A stretch of 64,000 bases of DNA from Rhizobium sp. Q54 (GCA_945870825.1 CAMBTM010000001.1:97618-161617), one strand, 5' to 3'; positions 46,245 through 57,466 are shown, counted from the first letter of the stretch. Numbers and translations: made by a program. The notes: generated by a model not told the origin, from the sequence alone.

Positions 46245-47180
46245 TTGCGCATCAACTCTCTCAAAACGTTCGTTGAATTTTGTCAAAGCGACTGTGACAC
46301 GAATACTTATAAAAAACTTTCTATCCCCCGATCTACAATGTGGTCTCACGTGGATGAAGTGGAAGAATTTCTTAACCGTATCCTTATCAAAAGAGGACGA
46401 CCTAATTATCTGACCGTTGAGGGAAAACGATTTCTACCGATTGCAAAACAATTGGTGGCGTCCTTTGATGTGGGATTGGGCCAACTTCAAAGCAGCAGTA
46501 TGGAAGCAAAAGGCGAGATCATTGTATCAACAACTGTTGCATCCATCACATGGCTTATCCCAAGCATCAAAGAATTTCACGATCTTTATCCCAATTTGAA
46601 AATTTCCATTGTTGCAGAAGATAATATTTCTTCTTCTGTTAGCGCCCAAGCTGATGTTTTCTTAAGGCCTTTTGCAAGCGACGCCCCTGAAGGATTTCAT
46701 CTCAACTGGCACATTGCCTATCACATGGCCCTTTTCGCAAGCAGAGAATATGTTGCAAAATATGGCATGCCAACAAGCCCCGCTGATTTAAAACAGCATT
46801 GTATTCTAGCCTATGGAGAATATTTTCAGGGCGTCCCTCATGTAGATTGGCATTTAAAGGGCAAAATGTATGGCTTGCCACCCCTTGAGGCAACCCTTAG
46901 GATAAACTCTACACGTGCCCTTTTTGATGCAGCCATTAATGGGATTGGCATTATTTCAAACCCTATTGAATCTTTGGCAATCTACAGAGAAGATCTTGTC
47001 CATATTCTGCCAACAGTAAAAGGGCCTGTTATTCAAACAAAATTCTGCACACGCATAACGAATGACGAACAAAAAAATGTGAATATGAGTATTTTCAGTT
47101 CTTTTTTTAAAAAGAACCTCCCCTCTCTTGGGATTACTATCATAGATGATGATCATCATTTAAAAGGAGATAAGGCATGA
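46245..47180 (+). CDS. LysR-family transcriptional regulator (divergent HTH)
   Basis: LTVEG, GEIIVSTT, FHDLYPNL, FASREY..KYGMP...DL..H; TTG start after GAGGT inferred. Confidence 0.8.
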   Translation: MRINSLKTFVEFCQSDCDTNTYKKLSIPRSTMWSHVDEVEEFLNRILIKRGRPNYLTVEGKRFLPIAKQLVASFDVGLGQLQSSSMEAKGEIIVSTTVASITWLIPSIKEFHDLYPNLKISIVAEDNISSSVSAQADVFLRPFASDAPEGFHLNWHIAYHMALFASREYVAKYGMPTSPADLKQHCILAYGEYFQGVPHVDWHLKGKMYGLPPLEATLRINSTRALFDAAINGIGIISNPIESLAIYREDLVHILPTVKGPVIQTKFCTRITNDEQKNVNMSIFSSFFKKNLPSLGITIIDDDHHLKGDKA

Positions 47181-48433
47181 ACGTTCATCGTAAAAACCTA
47201 CTGCTCCTTGTGTTGGGATGCGCACTGAGCAATTATGATACCTTCCTTCTTGGAACTCTTTGTTTGAAAATTGTCCCCCTCTTCGTCAATCTTGACAACG
47301 GTCAATCCCAAACATTTTGGGCCCATGCTCTCGTTCTTGTTGCTTTTTTTACAAGACCCTTTGGTGGTATGGTTTTTGGGTATATCGGCGATCGATTCAG
47401 TAGAAAAACATCCTATATTACGTCCCTTTTTCTCCTATCAACACCGTCATTATTGCTAGGACTCCTGCCGACCTATGAAGTCATAGGTATTGGGGCGACA
47501 ATTGCCTTTACAGTGTTAAGATTACTACAGGGATTTAGTACGGGGGGAACATTTGGTGGAACCTTTACCTACACCTCAGAACATACAAGCAAAGTAAATC
47601 CCCTTATCAAATCATCTCTTGCCCTTGCATCAGGATTTCTGGGCGTTTGCTTTGCCCTCATTATTGTTTATTGTTCACAGTCCATTTTCCCCCAAGATTC
47701 AGAGCTTGCCTGGCGTGCCCCCTTTATCTTTTCTGTTTTTTCCTTCATGGCTGCTTTTTTTATTAAAAAGCAGTTTACAGAAACACCAATTGCTGTTGAA
47801 AAGAGGAGAAAAAAACTCGATATTTCCCATATATTAAAAACAGTTGCCCCGCTCAAGAAAGAGATTATTGCTTGCTTTCTTTTCGGGGGAATCAATATGG
47901 TCCCTTTTCATTTTGCAACCCTCCACATTAATTTCCTCCTGTTTAATTACCTAGGATTCTCCTCAGATGATCCATTTATTTATGTGAATAATTTTTGCTT
48001 TTTCCTTGGCTCTGCCGCACTCATTATGTTCTTTTCCTTTCTTGGAAAAATCTTAAAAGCCCGCAAGATTATCGAAATGAGTGTTTTGTGGTTTGTCCTT
48101 CTTTCAATCCCTATGTTTTTTTATACCGCTCACGAAATGACTTTGGGGAAAATAATTTTCCTCCAGGCTTATTTAGCCATTGGGAATATTTGTTTTCTTG
48201 TGCCCATTGTGTCTCTTCTGCCCAAATCCTTTCCTCACAAAATCCGCTTTACGTTATTTTCTTTTACCTACACCTTGGGACAAGGCGTTATCGGGGCCTC
48301 CATACAACTTCTTACAACAAAAATTATTTTAAAGACGAATTATTTGTGGACACCGTCTATTATTTTGTCTATCGCTTTCTTAGTCGTTTGGATTATGTTG
48401 GAACGCATGAATTGGGGTATAGACAATGATTAA
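47177..48433 (+). CDS. MFS transporter, MHS/ProP-like (divergent)
   Basis: RPFGGMVFGYIGDRFSRK, LLPTY, RLLQG, WRAPF. Confidence 0.85.
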   Translation: MNVHRKNLLLLVLGCALSNYDTFLLGTLCLKIVPLFVNLDNGQSQTFWAHALVLVAFFTRPFGGMVFGYIGDRFSRKTSYITSLFLLSTPSLLLGLLPTYEVIGIGATIAFTVLRLLQGFSTGGTFGGTFTYTSEHTSKVNPLIKSSLALASGFLGVCFALIIVYCSQSIFPQDSELAWRAPFIFSVFSFMAAFFIKKQFTETPIAVEKRRKKLDISHILKTVAPLKKEIIACFLFGGINMVPFHFATLHINFLLFNYLGFSSDDPFIYVNNFCFFLGSAALIMFFSFLGKILKARKIIEMSVLWFVLLSIPMFFYTAHEMTLGKIIFLQAYLAIGNICFLVPIVSLLPKSFPHKIRFTLFSFTYTLGQGVIGASIQLLTTKIILKTNYLWTPSIILSIAFLVVWIMLERMNWGIDND

Positions 48434-49709
48434 AAATAAACCAGATACAAAAAGAACCTTTGCCATTATTGCAGGACACCTTCTTGAACACTATGACGTG
48501 ACCCTTTATGGGTTCTTTGCGGCCATGTTGGGTCCTATATTTTTTCCAGAAGGCGATCATTTCTGTGCAACACTTTATTCCTTCGGTGTTTTTGCCGCTG
48601 GATTCTTGATGAGACCCTTTGGAGGGCTTGTTTTTGGGTACATTGGTGATAAATATGGGCGAAAAAATGCGCTTCTTTTTTCGATTTTGTTGGTGACAAT
48701 TCCCACATTTTCTATTGGTTTTTTACCGACCTATGCCCAAATCGGCATCTTATCTCCTGTTCTTTTAATATTCTTTAGACTCCTTCAAGGGGTTTGTGTA
48801 GGAGGTGAATTTTCAGGAGCGGTTATTTATGTATCAGAACACAGTAAAAATCTAAAGCCTGGATTTAAAGCATCTTTGCTAATCATGTCTGGTTTTATTG
48901 GAGCCATTTTGGGAACCCTTGTTGGATGGATGTCGACGAAGTTTTTTGATCTCGAGCTATCAACATCCTTCTCGAAAGACTGGGGCTGGAGAGTCCCCTT
49001 CATTCTGGGAGGTATTTTTGGTCTGATTGTGTTGCTTTTAAGAAGTTCTCTTGAAGAAACCCCTGACTTTGAATCCTTCAAGAAGAAGCCCATCAAAGGC
49101 CTTCCTCTAATAAGGGTCTTGGTAGACCACCCTATTCCCTTTATTTGTACAATCATTTATGGGGGATCGAATCTTGTAGCCCTTTATCTTGGAACTTTTT
49201 ATATGAATGCATTTCTTTATGAAACGCTTCAGTTTACAAAACCTCAAGTCCTTCAAAACTCCACCCTGTGTTTTGTTTTTTGCGCTTCCATCATTCCTTT
49301 GTTTGGATGGATCAGTGATAAAGTGGGGGTTATGCGATCCATTTTATGGGGCAGTGCGTTCATGACTCTTGGGGCCATTCCTTTTTATATGTGGGCCTTC
49401 CAAACGCCTATTGTCACAGGACGGATTTATGTATTGCAGGGTTTTTTGATGATTTGTAATGCCTGCATCATTGGTCCCCTCGCTAGTTTTATTCCCCGTA
49501 TTTTTCCAAAAAATCTCCGTTATTCGGGTATGTCCGTTAGCTTCACAACGGGCCAAGCTATTTTAGGGGGCGTGACCCCGATGATCGCAACGTATATCAC
49601 CAATACAACACATCTGACGTGGTCTCCAGGAATTTTCCTTGCGATGGTGGGATGCCTTTTTGCATGCGCTATTTTGGTTGCAAAAAAATACTGTATCGAT
49701 CACATGTAG
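48426..49709 (+). CDS. MFS transporter, MHS/ProP-like
   Basis: [46 protein letters not shown]. Confidence 0.9.
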   Translation: MIKNKPDTKRTFAIIAGHLLEHYDVTLYGFFAAMLGPIFFPEGDHFCATLYSFGVFAAGFLMRPFGGLVFGYIGDKYGRKNALLFSILLVTIPTFSIGFLPTYAQIGILSPVLLIFFRLLQGVCVGGEFSGAVIYVSEHSKNLKPGFKASLLIMSGFIGAILGTLVGWMSTKFFDLELSTSFSKDWGWRVPFILGGIFGLIVLLLRSSLEETPDFESFKKKPIKGLPLIRVLVDHPIPFICTIIYGGSNLVALYLGTFYMNAFLYETLQFTKPQVLQNSTLCFVFCASIIPLFGWISDKVGVMRSILWGSAFMTLGAIPFYMWAFQTPIVTGRIYVLQGFLMICNACIIGPLASFIPRIFPKNLRYSGMSVSFTTGQAILGGVTPMIATYITNTTHLTWSPGIFLAMVGCLFACAILVAKKYCIDHM

Positions 49710-49713
49710 ACCG

Positions 49714-50151
49714 ATGCATACCGATATCATTGAGATTTTTACCGATGGTGCATGTCGAGGTAATCCAGGGCCTGGTGGGTGGGGGGTTCTTTTGCGCTGG
49801 AAAGGGAAAGAAAAAGAACTTTCCGGAAGTGCACTCGCCACCACAAATAATCGTATGGAACTCCAAGGAGCCATTGAGGCTTTGAAAACCGTCAAACGCT
49901 CTGTGCCAATTCATCTTTACACAGACAGCAAATATGTGATGGACGGGATCACCCAGTGGCTTCCAAATTGGAAAAAGAATCAATGGAAAACGGCCAGTAA
50001 AAAGCCTGTTAAAAATCAGGACCTTTGGGAAGAATTAGATCAGTTGGTTTCGGGTCACGCTATAACTTGGTATTGGGTGAAAGGACACGACGGGCACCCA
50101 GAAAACGAACGGGTGGATGCTTTGGCCCGCGCCGCTGTACCTTTATCATGA
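49714..50151 (+). CDS. rnhA: Ribonuclease HI
   Basis: [43 protein letters not shown]. Confidence 0.96.
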   Translation: MHTDIIEIFTDGACRGNPGPGGWGVLLRWKGKEKELSGSALATTNNRMELQGAIEALKTVKRSVPIHLYTDSKYVMDGITQWLPNWKKNQWKTASKKPVKNQDLWEELDQLVSGHAITWYWVKGHDGHPENERVDALARAAVPLS

Positions 50152-50789
50152 GGCAATCCACCCCCCTTTTTCAGCATGTATCTAAAACGCTGGAAGAGCG
50201 CCGTTCTTTTATTCAAAGGAAATTTCAATCGATTTATAGAGATATTAGCCCCCAAAAGCTGTACCAGCCTGTCCCACAATCCTTTGACCTTTTTGAAAGC
50301 ATTTTAACCCTCCATAGACAGCATGATCTCCCATCTACTTTCTCAATCATTAAAAATTCTCTTAAACCCCAAGCTGTTTTTATGGGGGCTCTTTTTGGAT
50401 CTCAAACGCTTCAAGAACTCAAAGCGGTTTTTACGTATGTGGAAGAAAAAAGATTAGGATACGTGACACCCCATTTTTTACCCCTCCCATCCCCCCAAGA
50501 TATTGCAGGAATCTTACAATACCAAGGGTTTATATCGCCCGTCGTAGACCGTGAAATGATTGTTCAAGAATATGGTGGCCTTCAAGATCTTTACAAGGAC
50601 CTAAGACAGATGGGGGAAAGAAATTGTTTGAAGGATCGCTTTAAAGGACTTACAACACCACGGTTTATGGAAGACTGTGAGACTCTTTATAGGGAAAAAT
50701 TTTCCACATCCCAGGGGAAAATTTTTGCCACCTTTGAAATCTTGTATTTCATCGCGTGGCAGGATAAGGTGGAAAGCGATCCTAGGTAA
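50148..50789 (+). CDS. BioC/NDUFAF5-like methyltransferase homologue, internally shortened
   Basis: SFDL, LKP...F.GALFG..TLQEL, GF..PVVD, DLRQMGE, ATFEILY; no glycine-rich motif I seen. Confidence 0.7.
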   Translation: MRQSTPLFQHVSKTLEERRSFIQRKFQSIYRDISPQKLYQPVPQSFDLFESILTLHRQHDLPSTFSIIKNSLKPQAVFMGALFGSQTLQELKAVFTYVEEKRLGYVTPHFLPLPSPQDIAGILQYQGFISPVVDREMIVQEYGGLQDLYKDLRQMGERNCLKDRFKGLTTPRFMEDCETLYREKFSTSQGKIFATFEILYFIAWQDKVESDPR

Positions 50790-50801
50790 GACTTTGAAAA
50801 G

Positions 50802-51869
50802 ATGATGAACCAGTGGCTTTTTAACATAGATATGTGGACAGTGATCGGTCTTTTGACCTTTATCACGGGCCTTCTTGTCACGCGGTTAATGATTTGGGTG
50901 AATATTCACGATACCCCCATCTATCGTTCTTCCCACACAAAAGTGACGCCACGCAGTGGCGGTTTTGGGATCATTGTCGGATTTTTTGCCTGTATTCTTT
51001 ACTTTGCCCTCCATAATGATCTGTTCCCTCCGCAGGATTGGAGATTGTGGCTCATTGGGGCCGCGGCCTTCGGACTCATCATTGTTTCTATGTTAGATGA
51101 TATCAGAAGTGTTTCCCTGCGCTATAAACTCTGTACGCAAATTCTTGTGGCATCTCTTGTGGTGATCAGCGGTCTTTCATTGAATCATTTATCTCTTCCT
51201 CGGTTTGGTATTGTAGAAATGGGTTCTTTTGGAGCCATTCTGGCGCTTATCTCCGTTATTTTTTTCACGAATACCTTTAACTTCATGGATGGACTTGATG
51301 GGCTTGTTTCAGGAACGACCTTAGTTGCAAGCTTTTTTGGTATTCTGATTGGCCTTTTTTTCTATGACCCTGTTTTTGTTTGTGTAAATTTTGCTCTCTT
51401 TTTTTCAACACTTGGGTTCTTTGTATACAATTTCTCGCCCGCTCGCATCTTTATGGGCGATGTAGGAAGTCAATTTCTAGGATTCTTGTGGGCATTGATG
51501 TTGCTTTTCACAACACACGGGAAGTTATCAATCTACACAATCCCCATTTTGTTTTTTGCATTCATCTATGATGTGACGCTTACTATTATACGTCGTCTTG
51601 TAAAAGGTCAGTCTATCTGGCACCCCCACCGTACGTTTTTGTTTCATATCCTACATCGAAGCGGCCTCACGCATCGGAGAATTAGTTTGATTTATATGGT
51701 TTTTGCTATTATACAAGGTCTTGGCGCTGTTTTTGTCCAGTTTATTGATATCCATCGGCAAATCTTTATGGTAATTCCCTATGCTGTCATCATGATTTTT
51801 TATACAACATGGGTTGGGCGAAGAGCCTATCAACACATTCCACCCCCTAAGAAATCGAGGAAAAAATGA
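50802..51869 (+). CDS. MraY/WecA-family polyprenyl-phosphate sugar-1-phosphate transferase
   Basis: RSSH..TPRSGG, LDD, NFMDGLDG, NFSPARIFMGDVGS. Confidence 0.9.
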   Translation: MMNQWLFNIDMWTVIGLLTFITGLLVTRLMIWVNIHDTPIYRSSHTKVTPRSGGFGIIVGFFACILYFALHNDLFPPQDWRLWLIGAAAFGLIIVSMLDDIRSVSLRYKLCTQILVASLVVISGLSLNHLSLPRFGIVEMGSFGAILALISVIFFTNTFNFMDGLDGLVSGTTLVASFFGILIGLFFYDPVFVCVNFALFFSTLGFFVYNFSPARIFMGDVGSQFLGFLWALMLLFTTHGKLSIYTIPILFFAFIYDVTLTIIRRLVKGQSIWHPHRTFLFHILHRSGLTHRRISLIYMVFAIIQGLGAVFVQFIDIHRQIFMVIPYAVIMIFYTTWVGRRAYQHIPPPKKSRKK

Positions 51870-53215
51870 AAGTACGCTTTGCGCCCAGTCCTACAGGTTA
51901 TATCCATGTGGGTAACTGCAGGACGGCTTTAATCAACTGGCTTTTTGCAAGGAAACATCAAGGCACCTTTCTTTTGCGTCTAGACGATACGGATATCGAC
52001 CGGTGTGACGACAAATACGTTCAGGCTTTATTAGAAGATTGGTCTTGGCTTGGACTTAACTTTGATGAATACGTCAAACAATCTGATCGAGGCGATTTGT
52101 ATAATGATGCTCTTGAGACGTTACGGAAAGCCGGACGTCTTTATCCTTGCTATGAAACAGCAGAGGAACTGGAATACAAGCGCAAAATGCAACTGAAACG
52201 GGGACTTCCTCCCATTTATGACCGGGAAAGTCTCACCCTTTCAGAGGCTCAAAAAGCGGCGTATGCAGCAGAAGGCCGCAAACCCCACTGGCGATTTCTC
52301 CTTCATGATACATCCATTGAATGGAATGATTTAGTGCGAGGACCTACCCATTTTGAAGGGGCACACCTTTCTGACCCGGTCTTGGTTCGAGAAAACGGGG
52401 CATTTATTTATATCCTGGCTTCCGTTGTGGATGATCTTGATTTAAATATCACTCACATTCTTCGCGGTGAAGACCATGTGTCGAACACGGCTATTCAGTT
52501 GCAATTAATTGAAGCTTTAGGTGCTGACCCGAAATCTTTGCAATTTGCCCATCTGCCTTTGCTTGCTGGAGAAAAGGGCGAAGCATTAGGAAAAAGACTG
52601 GGTAGTTTGAGCATCGGTGATTTACGCAAACAAGGTATTTTACCTATGGCCATCAATAGCCTTCTTGGGAAAATTGGTACATCAGATGCGGTTGAACCCT
52701 ATACCAACCTTGATGATCTGGTGGCCTCTTTTGATATCGATAAATTTGCCCGGTCCACCCCGAAGTTTGCCCTCGATCATTTACTACAGATGAACAAGAA
52801 AATTATTCAAGAAACACCTTTTGATGTAGCCCTGCAATACATTGATCTACCTGAGATGGATGAAACTTTCTGGAATGGGGTTAGACATAATGTGGAATCC
52901 TTGGATGAAGTAAAAACCTGGTGGACCATCTGTCATTGCGAAGGCGATGGAACCGTACAAGAAGAAGATAAATCCTATATTGCAGAAGCATTGAATCTTT
53001 TACCCAATGGTCCCTGGACCCAAAATCCTTGGGATCAGTGGATCCAATCCTTAACTGCCGCAACCCAGCGCAAGGGGAAAAGTCTTTATATGCCCCTTCG
53101 TTTAGCACTTACGGGTCAAGAACATGGGCCTGAACTTAAAATTATCATCATGCTTTTAGGGCATGATTTAGTACGCGCTAAGCTTCAACAGGCAGGTCAC
53201 CATGCGCCTTTATAA
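51866..53215 (+). CDS. gltX: Glutamate-tRNA ligase
   Basis: RFAPSPTG.IHVGN, LRLDDTD, RGEDHVSNT, PLRLALTG..HGPEL. Confidence 0.93.
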   Translation: MKVRFAPSPTGYIHVGNCRTALINWLFARKHQGTFLLRLDDTDIDRCDDKYVQALLEDWSWLGLNFDEYVKQSDRGDLYNDALETLRKAGRLYPCYETAEELEYKRKMQLKRGLPPIYDRESLTLSEAQKAAYAAEGRKPHWRFLLHDTSIEWNDLVRGPTHFEGAHLSDPVLVRENGAFIYILASVVDDLDLNITHILRGEDHVSNTAIQLQLIEALGADPKSLQFAHLPLLAGEKGEALGKRLGSLSIGDLRKQGILPMAINSLLGKIGTSDAVEPYTNLDDLVASFDIDKFARSTPKFALDHLLQMNKKIIQETPFDVALQYIDLPEMDETFWNGVRHNVESLDEVKTWWTICHCEGDGTVQEEDKSYIAEALNLLPNGPWTQNPWDQWIQSLTAATQRKGKSLYMPLRLALTGQEHGPELKIIIMLLGHDLVRAKLQQAGHHAPL

Positions 53216-54557
53216 TACCCTGACCCGTTCGAAAGAAACCTTTAACCCCATAGATCCAGAACACATCAAATTTTATGTGTGTGGCCCAACAGTTTATGAC
53301 CGTGCCCATATTGGTAATGCGCGCCCGGTGGTGGTTTTTGATATTCTTTTGCGCCTTTTGCAACATCTTTATCCCAAGGTAACTTATGTAAGAAATATCA
53401 CAGATATCGATGATAAGATTATTGTTGCATCCCGTGAGCGGAATATCGATATCAAAACATTGACCGAAGAAACAACGAAAATGTATCAAGAAGACATGGG
53501 GGCTTTGAATGCTATCCCCCCCTCTTGCCAACCTAAAGCGACGGATCATATTGCAGATATGCAATCCATCATCGCCGAATTGATTGAAAAAGGTCATGCC
53601 TACGCAGCAGAAGGCCATGTGTTGTTCTCCGTCAAATCAGATCCATCCTATGGTCTTCTTGCAAGACTGAACCGAGATGATATGATTGCAGGCGCCCGTG
53701 TCGAGGTGGCCCCTTACAAAAAAGACCCTGAGGACTTTGTGTTGTGGAAACCATCCACTTTTGAACAACCCGGGTGGGACAGTCCCTGGGGATATGGTCG
53801 CCCTGGTTGGCATATTGAATGTTCTGCTATGGCTAAAAAATACCTCGGTGAAACATTCGACATTCATGGAGGTGGCATTGATCTTATATTTCCCCATCAT
53901 GAAAACGAAATTGCCCAAAGCAGCTGTTGCCATCAAAAGCCCCTTGCAAATTACTGGATGCATAATGGTCACTTGGTGGTGAACGGTGAAAAAATGTCAA
54001 AATCCCTGGGTAATTTTTTCACAGTGCGTGAAAAACTAGCGGATATGCCTGGTGAAGTGATTCGTCTTATCTTGATGGCAACGCATTACCGGCAACCTTT
54101 GGATTGGACTGATCAAGCAGTGACCCAAGCCAAAAATATTTTGGATCGTTTTTACGGTGCTCTTCAAGGATATGAAGGGGAGACGGGCTCTTTTTCAGAG
54201 TCTGTTTTAGAGGCCCTTCAAGATGACCTGAACACGCCTTTGGCCCTCGCTCATTTGCATGAATTGACGCAAAGTATTTATAAAGCAGCAACGGATAAAG
54301 AGAAAACCCTTTATCAACAACAGTTGAAATCCAATGGCAATTTGTTGGGATTACTCTTTCAAACACCCCGTCAATGGTTTCAGGAAAATAAGACGGCAAG
54401 CCTATCACCGGAAGATATCCATGCGTTGATTAATGAGCGACGATCGACGCGTGAGTCAAAAAATTTCAAACGGGCAGATGAGATTAGACAACAGCTGGAA
54501 GAACAAGGTATTATTTTAGAAGATACTGTGCATGGATCAACGTGGAAATATAAATAA
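53202..54557 (+). CDS. cysS: Cysteine-tRNA ligase
   Basis: CGPTVY, HIGN, GRPGWHIECS, FPHHENE, KMSKS. Confidence 0.97.
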   Translation: MRLYNTLTRSKETFNPIDPEHIKFYVCGPTVYDRAHIGNARPVVVFDILLRLLQHLYPKVTYVRNITDIDDKIIVASRERNIDIKTLTEETTKMYQEDMGALNAIPPSCQPKATDHIADMQSIIAELIEKGHAYAAEGHVLFSVKSDPSYGLLARLNRDDMIAGARVEVAPYKKDPEDFVLWKPSTFEQPGWDSPWGYGRPGWHIECSAMAKKYLGETFDIHGGGIDLIFPHHENEIAQSSCCHQKPLANYWMHNGHLVVNGEKMSKSLGNFFTVREKLADMPGEVIRLILMATHYRQPLDWTDQAVTQAKNILDRFYGALQGYEGETGSFSESVLEALQDDLNTPLALAHLHELTQSIYKAATDKEKTLYQQQLKSNGNLLGLLFQTPRQWFQENKTASLSPEDIHALINERRSTRESKNFKRADEIRQQLEEQGIILEDTVHGSTWKYK

Positions 54558-55277
54558 ATGAAAAAACCAATTATTGGCATTGTGATGAACTATGATGAAA
54601 AGGGTGAATACTTTTCACAGTATCCCTGGTATGCCCTTCGCAAAGACTATTTCCGTTCTATCCAAAATGCAGGCGGTGCCCCTGTGGCCTTGCCTTTTCA
54701 CATAGATGCTATTCCTGACTATGTTCGCATGATGGACGGTCTTGTGATCGCAGGGGGTGAAGATTATCCCCCAGAGTTTTACGGCGAAGCACCAATGGGT
54801 GAACGGCTTAATCTTTTAAAAGGGGGGCGGTCAGAGTTTGATTTTAAATTGTTGGAAGCAGCCCTTGAAAAAAATATCCCAGTCTTAGGAATTTGCGCTG
54901 GTGAACAGGCGATTAACATCTACTTTGGTGGAACTCTTGTGCAAGATATTGAAACCTTGATTCCAGGGGCCTTGAATCATATGAAGCCTTGTCCTTCTCA
55001 TGAACCATCCCATGCGATCGATATTGTGGAAGGCACCCTTTTGCATCGCTGCACAGAATCCACTGGATATAAAGTAAACTCAGCCCACCATCAGGCGGTC
55101 AACCGTCCAGGCAAAGGTCTTGTGATTAACGCGCGCTCTCCTGACGGCGTGATCGAAGGGGTTGAACATCCAGGGTATAAATTTTGCCTTGGGGTTGAAT
55201 GGCATCCTGAGTTTGAAATTGACGCGGAAGATAAACGCCTCATGAAGGCTTTTATTGCAGCGACTCAATCCTCATGA
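54558..55277 (+). CDS. Peptidase C26 / gamma-glutamyl-GABA hydrolase family (PuuD-like)
   Basis: GGED, LGICAG, VNSAHHQAV, EWHPE. Confidence 0.9.
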   Translation: MKKPIIGIVMNYDEKGEYFSQYPWYALRKDYFRSIQNAGGAPVALPFHIDAIPDYVRMMDGLVIAGGEDYPPEFYGEAPMGERLNLLKGGRSEFDFKLLEAALEKNIPVLGICAGEQAINIYFGGTLVQDIETLIPGALNHMKPCPSHEPSHAIDIVEGTLLHRCTESTGYKVNSAHHQAVNRPGKGLVINARSPDGVIEGVEHPGYKFCLGVEWHPEFEIDAEDKRLMKAFIAATQSS

Positions 55278-56011
55278 CCCAACAACCTGATTCCCAGCGT
55301 ATTGCAAAATTCCTAGCCCATGCGGGGGTTTGTTCAAGGCGTGCCGCTGAACAACTCATTCTAGACGGTAAAGTCTTTGTGAATGGGAAGGTCATCGTTA
55401 GCCCTGCTTTGAATGTATCTTCGAAAGATAAAATTACTGTCGATGGGAAGCCCATTATTGCGCGGGAAAAAACCCGTCTTTGGCTATATCATAAACCCGT
55501 TGGTTTTTTATGTACGCGCAGCGACCCAGAAGGTCGTCCCACGATTTTTGACAATCTTAACAGTAAAAGGCTCCCTTATACGGTTTCTGTGGGACGTCTT
55601 GACTTTAACTCAGAAGGGTTGTTGTTGTTGACCAACAATGGCGAACTTGCCCGGTTTCTGGAACTTCCCGCTACAGCCTGTGAACGTCATTACCGAGTAC
55701 GTGTCAAAGGCCTTGTCCAAGAAAATGAACTAGCCCGACTGCAAAAAGGCATTACCATTGAGGGTATTCATTATCAATCCATTGAAGCCACAGTCGAACA
55801 CCATCAATCCAGCAACAGTTGGATCCGGATGACCTTGCATGAAGGAAAGAATCGCGAAATCCGGCGCATCCTTGAACACTTGGGTTATGCTGTGAACCGC
55901 CTCATCCGGCTCAACTACGGGGCCTTTCAACTGGGGAATTTGAAATCAGGGGAGGTTAAGGAAGTGCCTGAGGATTATTTGATTCAGGTTCTGCCGAAGA
56001 CGTTTTTGTAA
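55274..56011 (+). CDS. rluB: rRNA pseudouridine synthase (RluB family)
   Basis: S4 domain CSRRAAE, HKPVG, VGRLDFNSEGLLLLTN, EGKNREIRR. Confidence 0.88.
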   Translation: MTQQPDSQRIAKFLAHAGVCSRRAAEQLILDGKVFVNGKVIVSPALNVSSKDKITVDGKPIIAREKTRLWLYHKPVGFLCTRSDPEGRPTIFDNLNSKRLPYTVSVGRLDFNSEGLLLLTNNGELARFLELPATACERHYRVRVKGLVQENELARLQKGITIEGIHYQSIEATVEHHQSSNSWIRMTLHEGKNREIRRILEHLGYAVNRLIRLNYGAFQLGNLKSGEVKEVPEDYLIQVLPKTFL

Positions 56012-56786
56012 CCCTCGCACCGTTTTCAGCCTCTAGGGATATTGTTACACTATCGATCTGCAACAAAGCTAACCCAACATCCCCTACGCTTGATTTCATT
56101 GTTCCCATCCTTACACCTTGATGGAAGAGTGCCGATCCAAAGGGGGGCAAGGGCCCTTCAATCTTAACCGTCATTAAACGTTTTCTGACAAGGCCCCGGT
56201 GGTGGGTGCGGGACATAAGCTCTTGCCCCACATAGCATCCTTTTTCAAAACTAATGCCATGAAGTTCATGGTAGTTATTTTCCAAAATAATGGCTTTATC
56301 GATGACAAGATCCCTGCTGCCATCAGGGACAGCTAGCATGATGCGATGACGGTCATAGTCTTCAAAGCTTCCTTGTTCTTCGGGGCATGTATCATTAGGA
56401 AAAAGCCGTAAATATCCCATCTGGTCTAAACGAGGGTCTATTTTGAAGGATGAGGGACAAGCACCTCCCCACGCAGCATATAGTCTCATACAATCACTAA
56501 TATCTTGAATCGCTACCCGAGAACGCAGTTTATGTTTTTGAAGAAGGGATAAAAGGTCAGGGGTTCTTTCTTTTTCAGGAGTTAAATAAAGAATATCATC
56601 CTGTTCAATGATGAAAAAATCATGGAGAAATCGCCCTTGAGGGGACAAAAGGGCCGTGAAAAGAATTCCTTTTTCTTTAAGTAGATGAATATCATTGGTG
56701 ATCAACCCTTGAAGTAAAGTATAATGATCTTCCCCTTGAAGGCTTATAACGCCCCGATGATGCAATGCTACACAAAAATTTGTCAT
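55956..56786 (-). CDS. ygfZ: Folate-binding Fe-S repair protein YgfZ
   Basis: LQGLITND, KGCYVGQE motif; start taken at MTNFC. Confidence 0.9.
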   Translation of the reverse strand: MTNFCVALHHRGVISLQGEDHYTLLQGLITNDIHLLKEKGILFTALLSPQGRFLHDFFIIEQDDILYLTPEKERTPDLLSLLQKHKLRSRVAIQDISDCMRLYAAWGGACPSSFKIDPRLDQMGYLRLFPNDTCPEEQGSFEDYDRHRIMLAVPDGSRDLVIDKAIILENNYHELHGISFEKGCYVGQELMSRTHHRGLVRKRLMTVKIEGPLPPFGSALFHQGVRMGTMKSSVGDVGLALLQIDSVTISLEAENGARVTKTSSAEPESNNPQALP

Positions 56787-57466
56787 GATGTCCTTAATGG
56801 AAATTGTGAATACAAGGTTCCCCCATGGCGTTTGAGCCAAAGACGATGGATTCTGTAAGTCGGGCAAAGGGTTTCAACCACTTTCCAAAACTTATCACTA
56901 TGATTCATATGTACAATATGACTGACTTCGTGGGCAACAACATAGTCTGCAACAGAAGGGGGTGCCAAGAGAAGTCGCCAGTTAAACGAAAGGGTTCCTT
57001 TAGCAGAACAACTGCCCCACCGACTAATGGTATCTTTGACACTCACACGGTCAAAACTTACGCCCAATCTTGATGCATAGTCCTGAGCAAGATCTTTAAA
57101 AAATCCTTGGGCTTTCTTCTTAAACCAGGGCATCAAAAGAGATTCCAAATCTGTCACGTCTTTGCCCCCAACCCACAATACCCGTTCTGTTTCAAAAACG
57201 CCTTTTTTACGCAAAGGGTCATGGGACAAGATGTAACTATCCCCTAAAATAGAGAGGTGATCCCCAAGGGTGATTTGAGGGTTTCCTTGATGCTTTTGGA
57301 ATTGACACCCCATCCAGCCCTTGCTTTTTGCGAGGAAATCAGCGACATCCCTTTCCCTCACCCTCAAAGGAGTTGTCAAAATAAAATGACAGCGATAAGG
57401 GCAGAATTTCATCCTTAAGGACCGGGACCGTGGGTGGGGTTGAATAATGACGGGAAAATCTTTCAT
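56783..57466 (-). CDS. YgjP/SprT-like zinc metallopeptidase (M48-like)
   Basis: SRWGSCS, YVVAHEVSH, NHS..FW. Confidence 0.88.
   Translation of the reverse strand: MKDFPVIIQPHPRSRSLRMKFCPYRCHFILTTPLRVRERDVADFLAKSKGWMGCQFQKHQGNPQITLGDHLSILGDSYILSHDPLRKKGVFETERVLWVGGKDVTDLESLLMPWFKKKAQGFFKDLAQDYASRLGVSFDRVSVKDTISRWGSCSAKGTLSFNWRLLLAPPSVADYVVAHEVSHIVHMNHSDKFWKVVETLCPTYRIHRLWLKRHGGTLYSQFPLRTS

Noticed and set aside
55956-56011. Convergent 3' overlaps (rluB/ygfZ; also mutY/rnhB and lexA/fic)
   Set aside because: Short tail overlaps are ordinary in compact genomes.
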